A stretch of DNA of 64,000 nucleotides from the human T2T-CHM13v2.0 reference genome, Homo sapiens. The stretch is taken from the NCBI RefSeq assembly GCF_009914755.1, contig NC_060925.1; one strand, 5' to 3'. Below are positions 54,341 through 64,000 of this stretch, in pieces; position 1 is the first letter of the stretch; every line of letters begins with the position of its first letter. Position numbers and translations under genes: made by a program. The notes below the pieces were generated by a model that worked only from the letters and a program-made list of their open reading frames with translations, was not told where the DNA came from and made no database searches.

Positions 54341-56970
54341 TTTTTTACTTTATTTTTATAACTTCAAATTCAGAAGGTACATATGCAAGTTTGTTACATG
54401 GGTATATTGTGTGATGTTGAGGTTTGGGATAATATTGATTCTGTCACCAAGGTAGTAAGCATCATACTCAATAGACAGTTTTCAGCCATTCCCCGCTGCT
54501 TCCTTTCCTCCCTAGTATCTACTGTTGCCATCTTTATGTCCATGAGTACACAATGTTTAGATCCTACTTATAAGTGAGAATACGCGATATTTGATGTTCT
54601 GTTTTTGTGTGAATTTGCTTGGGACAATGGCCCCCAGTTTCATCCATATTGCTGCAAATAACATGATTTCATTCTTTTTTATGGCTCATAGTATTTCATG
54701 ATGTATATGTGCCATTTTTTAAATTAATCTACCATTGATAAGCACCTAGGTTGATTCTATGTCTTTGGTATTGTCAATGGTGCTGCAATGAGCATATGAT
54801 TGCATGTGTCTTTTTGGTAGAATCATTTATTTTTGGATATAAACTCAGTAATAAGATGGCTCCATCAAATAGTAATTCTGTTTTATGTTATTTGAGAAAT
54901 CTTCAAACTGCTTTTCACAGTAGCTGAATTATTTTACATTCTCACCAATGGCATATATGAGTTCTCTTTCCTCCACAGCCTTGCCAGTATATGTTGTTTT
55001 TTGCCTTTTTAGTAATAATCATCTGACTGGTGTGAGACGGTAAGTACCTCACTGTGGTTTTGATTTGCATTTTCCTGATGAAATGCAAAAAAATTGGGGT
55101 AAATTGAATGAAATAATCTGCCGTATTCTAGTTTATCCTATTTTTCTGCTATTTCCTCATGGTGATATTGAGCATTTTTTTCATGTGTTTGTTGCCCACT
55201 TGTAAGTCTTCTTTTGAGAAGTGTCTGTTCATGTCCTTTGTCTATTTTAATGAGGTTGTTTGTTTTTTGCTTGTTGGTTTCTTACAGATTCTAGATATCA
55301 GGCTTTTGTTGGAAGAATAGTTTGCAAATATTTTCTCCCATTCTGTAGGTAGTCTGTTTACTCTGTTGATAGTTTCTTTTGCTCTGTAGAAACTCTTTAG
55401 TTTCATTAGGTCTTACTTGCCAATTTTTTTGTTGTTGTTGCAATTGCTAGAGGACTTATTCATAAGTTCTTTCTCAAGAATGTTGTTTCCTAGATTTTCT
55501 TCTAAGATTCTTATAATTTGACATATTACATGTAATTACATGTAAATCTTTAGTCCATCTTGAGTTAACTTTTGTACACAGTGAAAAGGCAGGGGACCAG
55601 TTTTACTCTTCTGCATTTGGCTAGCCAGCTATCCTAGCACCCATTTTTGAAAAGGGAGTCTTTTCCCTATTGCTTGTTTTTGTCAGCTTTGTTGAAGAGC
55701 AGATGGCTGTAGATGTGCAGCTTTATTTCTGGGTTCTCTATTCTGTCCCACTGATCTATATGTCTGTTTCTGTAGCAGCACCATGCTGTTTTGGTTACTG
55801 TAGTCTCATAGTTTGAAGTCGCGTAATGTTATGCCTCTGGCTTTATTCTTTTTTCTGAGGATTGCTTTGGATATTTGGGACCTTTTTGGTTCCATATGAA
55901 TTTGAAGATTTTTTTTCTAATTCTGTGAAAAATGACTGTTGGTAGTTTGATAGAAATAGTGTCGAATCTGTACGTTGCTTTGGGCAGTATGGCCATTTTA
56001 ACAATGTAGATTCTTCCAATCCATAAGTATGCAATATTTTTCCATTTGTTTTTGTGGTCTATGATTTCTTTCAACAGTGTTTTTTAGTTCTCCTTGTACA
56101 GATCTCTCGCTTCCTTGGTTAGATATATTCCTATGTGTCTTTGTGTGTGTGCGTGTGTGTGTGTGTGTGTGTTTGTGTGTGTGTTCATTGTAAATGGAAT
56201 TACATTGTTGGTTTGGTTCTCAGCTTGAAAGTTATTTGTGTATAGAAAATCTATTGATTTTTTGTAGATTGATTTTGTAACCCAAAGTTTTACTGAAGTT
56301 GTTGATCAGTTCCAGTAGCCTTCTGGTGGGGTCTTTAGGCTTTTCTAGGAATAGAATTTTATTGTCTGTAATGAGAGATAGGTTGACTTCTTTTTCTGTT
56401 TGGATGCCTTTTATTTATTTATCTTGCCTTTTTTCTGTGGCTAGGACTTCCATTACTATGCTGAATAGGAGTGGTGAGTGTGAGCATCCCATCCTGTCTT
56501 GTTTCAGTTCTCAAGGGAATGTTTCTGCCATTTGCCCATTCAGTATGATGTTGGTTGTGGGTTTGTCATAGAGGGTTCTTATTATTTTGATGTGTGTTCC
56601 TTCAATACCTTTTTTCGTAAGGGTTTCTTTTTTATCATGAAGTGATGTTAGATTTCATCAAAAGCTTTTTGTGCATCTATTGAGATTAATGTATGATTTT
56701 TAATTCTGTTTATATGGTGAATCACATTTATTAATTTGTGTATATTGAACCAACCTTAAATCCCAGGATGAAGCCTACTTGATTGTGGTGAATTAACTTT
56801 TTCAGTTGGCTAATATTTTGCTGAGGATTTTCGCATCTATGTTTATCAGGGATATTGACCTGTAGTTTTCTTTTTTTATTGTGTCTTTGTTCAGTTTTGG
56901 TATCAGGCTGATTCTGGCTTCATAGAATGAGTTACAGAGGAGTCCCTTCTCCTTAATTTTTTTCAATAGT
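54341..56970 (-). mobile_element. L1PA15/16-type 5'-truncated LINE-1 (~2.6 kb)
   Basis: Antisense 3'UTR (gtttgttacatgggtatattgtgtgatgttgaggtttggg). ORF2 peptide 55829-56074 (KWKNIAYLWIGRIYIVKMAILPKATYRF). Internal (GT)n and a non-L1 insert at 55081-55160. Confidence 0.92.
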
Positions 56971-58360
56971 TAATATTTAATTTCTTTTTGAATTATAGCT
57001 TGTATAAAGCTACTACTGTAGCACTCAAATGAGTATAGTTTTTTTCACTGTCCTTTAAGGTATATTTTTCCAAACAGATGATTATTTCAAATGAAGCAAA
57101 CCTAGAGTGGAGCCACCCATAAAATTTTGTAAATAGGATGTATGGGATCTAAAATGTTGGACCTAGATATTCAAGTAAATATTCTAAATGAAGAGGTTCT
57201 CCTGAGAGTTCATAACATCAATCAAAAATCACTTAGTACATGAAATAATATTTGCCACTGTCTTTTATGAAAATTAAACATGCAATATCTTCATAATTGA
57301 CACCAAATTCTTAATATATTCTACTTCCTTTACTATGTCATATAAAATTTATTTGCTTGTAACAATACCTTAATTCACATAAAAAATATTTGAAATATTA
57401 TTTTTTAAGGTTGATTTAAGGCAGTTATACTGCCCCATTAAGTTTTCCTAGTCTCTCTTAAACAATTCTTTAAAGCAAACTGTTCAAAATTGTTTTTGGT
57501 TTCTTTGTTTTCTAATGAAACTTCTAATGAGAGTTTTATCTTGATAGTTATTTAAATCCCATTGAATGCATGTAATGTCAAATCTGTTTATTCAGATGAG
57601 TCGTGTTCAATTTATTTTAAAAATCTAGAGACATTCAATTATTAATGGTGTCTATGCAAATCAGTTTAACTCTTCTGATGGAATCTTCTAGTCATTAACC
57701 TGTCAATGTGTGCTTGACTGAATTGCTCACTGAATATTTGTTTTTATGGAGACCAAAATTAGGAAATATTTTTTTACCCATTTTGTATACATGACCAAAT
57801 CTTTTGATAAGTTAAAGTATCACTCCAATTTTCTATCTTCTTATTTTTCCACGCTAAGGCTTGATGAGATCTTTTAGTAAATAGACTGATTGAATAAATA
57901 ATCTTACTAATCAAGGCCATTACTCAATCCAAGAGCTGTTAGTATAAATGTCTTTAATGTAACTGTACTTGTTAAACACATAATTATCTTTTCTTAAATT
58001 GAATTTTTAAAACTTGAAACTGTTTGAAAGAAGAATTTTAGAAAACAAAATACATTGCTATGGGAAGTCAAGATTCATGCCAGAGGGCATCCCAGAATAG
58101 AATTGTTTAATTGAGCCTTATTCAGAGACTATAGTCAAACTCGTGGGTCCACAAAATTGTTCTTAGAGTTTTGGATTTATCAGACTCTGGGGAATAGACT
58201 TGGAACTAAACTGATTGAATTATAGATAATCAAGCAGACCAATTTAAACGGGAATATAATATTCAAGGGATTTGTGTAATTGACAAGCACTATATTCACT
58301 GAAAAAAAAATATCAAGGAATACTTCTAAGATACCTACTACCTGTCATGTACAAGGTATA

Positions 58361-58361
58361 C

Positions 58362-58418
<57 letters not shown>

Positions 58419-58429
58419 AGAGAGAGAGA
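58361..58429. repeat. (TA)n(GA)n microsatellite derived from an Alu tail
   Basis: Read directly, and abuts the antisense Alu right arm. Confidence 0.9.
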
Positions 58430-58575
58430 GTCTTGCTCTGTCACCCAGGCTGTAGTGCAGTGGCATGATCTCAGCTCACAGCAACCTCCGCCTCTGGGTT
58501 CAAGTGACTCTTCTGCCTCAACCCCCTGAGTAGCTGGGACTACAGGCATGTGCCACCACACCCAGCTAATTTTTG
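58425..58575 (-). mobile_element. Alu right arm (5'-truncated)
   Basis: gagtcttgctctgtcacccaggctg...gccaccacacccagctaattttt. Confidence 0.9.
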
Positions 58576-60044
58576 GTAGATGATATTTTTAAAAGACAAA
58601 GTTTTCTTACTTTCAAAGATATTTCAAAGTAGCAAAGATACCGGCAATTATACTAGAGTATTTTAGGGAAAATGCAGTGTGGCATTGGAAAAAATATATA
58701 CATTTAATCCTTAGTACAATTAGTTGAAATGGCCCAATGCATGATTATTCCACAGAGATATGCCTCTAAAACTAATCTGAGTCCTTGAGTCAGAACTTTG
58801 CCAGTACTGTCAGTTAGAATATTGAATGTCAATATTTTCTACCTTTTTAAAGCATAAAACACATTGCAATGTTCTGCCAGTATCACAATTAGAAAAAAGA
58901 AAAACGTTTAACATAGCAGTAAAACACTATTTCTCCAACACTATACTTAAATCCTCCTCAAATCTCGTCATGCTCATTTTTAGCATACTTTCAGGGTATT
59001 TCCTCTGTGTTCTTCAGATAGATCCTCTTGGACCTAATGTGGTATGTATTATTTCCCTCCTTTCTCACAGTACTGTGTATGCTTGTTGATGTATTTGTGC
59101 TTGTATTGTTTCTGATAATAAAAATAACAGCCTTACTGGCCAATATATTAGTTTTTTATGTTCTCTTATATGTCAGGTTAGGTGATGTCCAGGATATCAT
59201 GTTTATATTGAAACCATGAAATCCCTATGCCTTTGTTCTCTAAGCTACTCATATCATTGATCCTACTCCTGCCAATATTTACTTCAGGAATGCTATTTGT
59301 GAATACAAAGGATATTAAAAGCTGCTGACATCAATATCATTAATGTATTTTGTTTGTAGTTTCATAGTATTTAATTCAACATATTTAGCTATTGTGTGTG
59401 TGTGTGTTTACCTGCTTTTTTTGTTGAAACGTTTCTACTGATGACTGAACCACAACTCTATGGGCTTGGTAGCACCATTTTGAGAACACCATTCAGTGCA
59501 ATTAATCTGTGGGGCAGCTTAAACCTAAGTGTGCACCTTAAATCTCTCTGCCCTCTCTCTTAACCCTGCAGTTACCCTGTTCTACAGGTACATGTAGAAC
59601 AGAGTAATGATGGGCTTGTGATATGAGCTATCTGGACATATCTGAAGTATAGGGTGAAGATGAATAAGTTTTAAATTTAGACCCTGGCTATATGACAATT
59701 TTCTTGAAATGAAAATGTTATTACAAACATATTTCAATGCTTGGAACCATTTGGAACCTGTAAGTTATTTTTGTGTGTATCTAATCTAATTTATTTTACC
59801 AATTTCCTTTATGAAGACACTCAACTTCTCATGTTTTGTAAACCTTGGAAGCCGCTTCACTGTTATCTTTGTGACATTTCCTCACAAATACCTGTTGGTC
59901 TAATCTGGCAACTTTATTTTTATAGTTACTGTATTGTTCATTAGGAAAGCTTATTACCAATTAATATATTCTTAAAAGTATATACATCATTACAAATTGA
60001 TGACTTTATCATGACTATTTTTATTCCCAAGTAAAAGCATTTTA

Positions 60045-60696
60045 TTTGTTTATTTTTAAAATAATTTCCACTTTTATTTTAGATTCAGGGGATAAAACTG
60101 CACATTTATTACATGGGTATATTGTGTAATGCTGAGGTTTGGGGTACAAAGGATCCCATCACCCAGTTAGTGAGCACAGAACTCAATACGTAGTTTTTCA
60201 GTCCTTCCCCCACAACTCTCTCCTCCCTCTAGTAGTCCCCAGTGTCTATTGTTGCCATTTTTATGTTCACAAATACCCAATGTTTAGATCCTATAAAGTG
60301 AGAACATGTGGTATTTGGTTTTCTGATCCTGCATTAATTTGTTTAGGATAATGGCCTCTAATTGAATCCATATTGCTTCAAAGAAGATGATTTCATTTTT
60401 TATGGCTATGTAGTATTCCAAAATGTATATGTGCCATTTTATTTATCTAATCCATCATTAATCAGCACCTAGATTGATTCCATGTCTTTGCTAGTGTGAA
60501 TAGTGCCATGATGAACATACAAGTGCATGTCCCTTTTGGGCAGAGTGACTTATTTTCTTTGGGATATAAACCCAGTAATGGCATTGCTAAGTTGAATGGT
60601 AGGGCTGTTTTAAGTTCTTTTGAGAAATCTTCAAACTGCTTCCCACGGTGGCTTAACTAAGTTAGCTTCCCATCAACAGTCCATAAGCATTTTAAC
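60045..60696 (-). mobile_element. L1PA15/16-type 3' end (~650 bp)
   Basis: Antisense 3'UTR. 13-bp TSD taaaagcatttta (60032-60044 / 60697-60709). Confidence 0.9.
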
Positions 60697-60759
60697 TAAA
60701 AGCATTTTAGTATAGGCTATGAGCAACATTGTCCACAGTAGAGTAATTAGAATAATAGC

Positions 60760-60930
60760 AAATATTAAGATGAGGCTTCATCTTCCACATATACCATTTA
60801 CTAATCACAGGGGTCTTGGGAAAGTCATTCAGTTATTTGTGGTCATATTTTTTAATGTGTAAGTGGAAGACAATAATTGTTGGCATTTCTGTAGCCTGAG
60901 GTTGTTATACTAAAGGTGATGGAAAATGGA
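60760..60930 (+). mobile_element. MIR
   Basis: ccatttactaatcacaggggtcttgggaaagtcattc...ataattgtt...gaggttgtt. Confidence 0.5.
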
Positions 60931-61649
60931 TATCAAATAATTCCTGGAAAATATAACCATGATTCTGTTTTGTGGTGATTATATTTACCAAAATAAATGT
61001 ATGCCATACCATGATTTTAGTCCTTTTATATAATCCTAAAATAATATCCTGATTAATTGGGGATGAGAGAGCAGGATGATAAGGGGAATGTAGTCTATTT
61101 TATTAGCATTAAGCTGATACCTCTGTATGGTTTCCTGAAGAATATGAGTAAGTAGGTCTTCAGGAAGTGTATCTGTTCATGTATAAATTGTAGTTTTCTT
61201 TTCTCTAGAGTCTTTTACCTCTAGCCCTTGCTGACTTTACAATACATATGCAGATGAAGAATAGACAATGAAAGTTTAAAAACGACTTGTGAATAAGCTT
61301 GGTTGATTAATGTATTCATAAATTAATAAGCATTTAATTATGTAAAAATATATAAGAAGGTACTCTGTTTACTGTAAAGCAATATTGTAAAGCTGACTTT
61401 TTTTTACCTATATCCTTTTACATTTGTTTCTAATATATTCATTCAATCATCAAAAAAAGGAAATATTGAATGTTTATAACTTTTCAGGGTGTGAGATATG
61501 AGAGACATTGCCAAAATCTCATGGCTTTCAAAATGGGCTCATTTTAAATATAAGACTGTCAAAAAAATATCCACAATAAACACTTAACTCCACAGAATTA
61601 AATGGAAACTGCCTTTTTGTATTCAATTGGATGAAATTGTTAAAGTATT

Positions 61650-62450
61650 TTTTAGAACAAATGACATTAACCTTGGCCTTGACTCTTATTTGTGACCCAC
61701 TTCAGTTATACAGCCTTCTAGCTCTTCCTCAGGCACACCAGCAAGTTTCCTCTTCAGACCTTTGCCTGGGAAACCCTCTTGCTCCAGATGTTTTTATGAC
61801 TTGTCCCATCAAAACTTTTAGAGTTATATCAATTTTCATTCCCCAGAATGGGCTTCTTTAGACATTCTGTAAATAAACTCTTCCTTCACTGTATAGCCCC
61901 CTTATTGGGATAAAATTGTGTTAGGTCTCTTATAATTATATTAATTTTTAAAATCTGCTTATTATCCATGTCTTCCACTAGAATGAAAATTCCATGAGGA
62001 CAAGAACATTTTCTCTTATTCCCCCTATTTCCTCAGCATCAAAAATAGCCTTTGACGGACGGGCGTGGGGGCTCACACCTGTAATCCCAGCACTCTGGGA
62101 GGCCGAGGCGGGTGGATCATGAGGTCAGGAGGTCAAGACCATCCTGGCTAACACGGTGAAACCCCGTCTCTACTACAAATACAAAAAATTAGCCAGGCGT
62201 GGTGGCGGGCACCTGTAGTCCCAGCAACTCAGGAGGCTGAGGCAGAAGAATGGTGTGAACCCAGGAGGCAGAGCTTGCAGTGAGCCGAGATTGCACCACT
62301 GCACTCAAGCCTGGGTGACAGAGCAAGACTCTGCCTCAAAAAAAAAAAAAAAAATAGCCTTTGACATCTAATAAACACTAATAAATTTTTGATGAATATA
62401 TTTACGAATGCATAAATAAGTGAATAGAATACATAAATGAAATGAATGAA
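61650..62450 (+). mobile_element. L2 3' end interrupted by AluY
   Basis: ccactagaatgaaaattccatgaggacaagaac...taataaatttttgatgaat...aatgaatgaa. Confidence 0.75.
62057..62349 (+). mobile_element. AluY
   Basis: Full dimer with Y diagnostics. 16-bp TSD aaaaatagcctttgac (62041-62056 / 62350-62365). Confidence 0.95.
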
Positions 62451-62688
62451 AAGGTTCTATGAAGTAATTTTTATTCTTTAGATGAAATTTTGAAAAATTA
62501 AAGCAGGAAATGATACTACTTAATCTTAACTACTAAAGTTTGTGCATTTCTAATAGCTAACAAAACTTCTGCTTAAATTCTGATTAGTAACAGATGGATC
62601 GGGGTTGACATACGGATTTAGACATGGCAATGATGACATGAAACCAATACATTTATCTTGCTTTAGTCATGATCAGTGAAAGCATGTG

Positions 62689-64000
62689 CAAGTATATCTT
62701 AGAGATATTGAGGATTCAGTTCCAGAGCACCGCAATAAAGTTTATCATAATAAAACAAGTTTTGTGGATTTATTTTTGTTTCTTACTGCACATAAAAGTT
62801 AGAAACAGAAAAATTCACAAAGTATATGATAACTACTTACTATAAGATACTAAGTATGCAGTAGGTTATGTCTTACAAAACAATGTGCAAACTTAATTTG
62901 AAAATCCTTTATTGCTAAAAACTGCTAACAATCATCTGAGCCTTCAGGAAGCTGCAATATTTTTGCTGGTAGACGATCTTGCCTTGGTGTTGATGTCTGC
63001 TGACTGATCAGGGTGGTGGCTGCTGAAGATTGGGGTGACTGTAGCAATTTCTTAAAATAGGAAAATGAAGGAAATTTGTTTTTTCTTGCAGTAAGTCTCA
63101 ACGGTAGTCTTAAATTTTTCACTAAACCCTGCTGGAAACAGATGTGCTTTCATCCAGGCATTGTTTTCCATTGATGGAGCATAGGAAGAGTATATTTAGC
63201 ATAATTCTTAAGGGCTCTCATGTTCGTTTCTTTGTGAGAATGGTAAATAAGCTTTGGCTACAACTTAACAACACCAGCTGCATTAGACCCTACCAAGAGA
63301 GTCAGCCTGTTCTTTGAAGTTTTGAAGTCAGGCATTGACTTCTCCCCTTTAGCAATGAAAGGCCTAGTGGCATCTTCTTCCAATGTACAACAGTTTCATT
63401 CTCATAGAAAATATGTTGTTTAATTTAGCTTCCTTCATCAATGATCTCAGCTAGATCTTCTAGATAATCTGCTGCAGCTTCTACCCACAACACTTGCTGC
63501 TTCACCTTGTACATGTTATGTTATGTTATGAAGATTGGCTGCTCTCCTTAAACCTCATGAATCAATACTAGCTTCAATCTTTTCTCCTGCAGCTTCCTCA
63601 TCTCTCTAAGGCTTTACATAATTGGAGAGTTAGAGTACTGCTCTGGATTCAGTTTTGTCTTAGGGGAATGTTGGAGCTGGCTTGATCTTCTATCCAGACC
63701 ACTAAAACTGTTTCAATATCAACAATAAGGTTGACATAGAAAATATTCAACCTTCCACAAGCTGATATTCCTGTGTTCACTGGAATGATAAGAAAGAAAA
63801 ACAGCCTTATTGTTGATATAGAAAAAAAGTTCCAGAACCTTTCCTTTGCATTTACAACTTTGCTAACTGTTTGGTGCAAGAGGCCTAGCTTTCCGCCTAT
63901 CTCAGCTTTCAACATGCTTTTTTCGTTAAGCTTAATAACTAGCTTTTGAATTAAAGTGAGAGATGTGCAATTCTTTACACTAGAACACTTAGAGATCATT
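62689..64000 (-). mobile_element. Tigger1 (pogo-like) DNA transposon with decayed transposase, internal deletion near 63070, runs off the window end
   Basis: Terminus caagtatatcttagagatattgaggattcagttccagagcaccgcaataaag. ORF 63649-63999 (MISKCSS...SLTLIQKL..KAEIGGKLGLLHQTVSKVVNAKERF...VLVVWIEDQ) resembles the Tigger1 transposase N-terminus (CENP-B-like HTH). Confidence 0.92.

Noticed and set aside
63649-63999. TIGD1-like domesticated transposase gene
   Set aside because: Internally rearranged, stops after 116 aa, downstream frames are broken and there is a large internal deletion. It is a decayed Tigger1 copy.

Overview
Gene-poor, very AT-rich, CpG-depleted primate genomic DNA. AluY, a BC200 retrocopy and an L1PA3/4-type element point to an anthropoid, probably ape or human, intergenic or deep intronic region. 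I find no supportable protein-coding gene. The recognisable ORFs in the track are decayed L1 ORF1/ORF2 fragments, Alu read-throughs, low-complexity sequence or a decayed Tigger1 transposase, and the rest look like chance ORFs. More than half the window is interspersed repeats: L1 (L1PA, L1PB, L1MA/MC/ME), Alu, L2, MIR, ERVL/MaLR/ERV1 solo LTRs and hAT/Tigger DNA transposons, often nested. I cannot support a new biological system here. The most informative signals are mechanistic scars: (1) an L1PA insertion with a 17-bp TSD, a twin-priming 5' inversion and a ~160-bp 3' transduction with its own AATAAA and second poly(A) tail; (2) a BC200 (BCYRN1) retropseudogene; (3) a locally templated ~73-bp insertion with a fold-back junction inside an L1; (4) a template-switch inversion inside Tigger1; (5) a perfect 48-bp AT-centred palindrome; (6) several tandem or dispersed duplications. 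Subfamily names come from recalled consensus sequences and need RepeatMasker/Dfam confirmation. Boundaries of old repeats are approximate.
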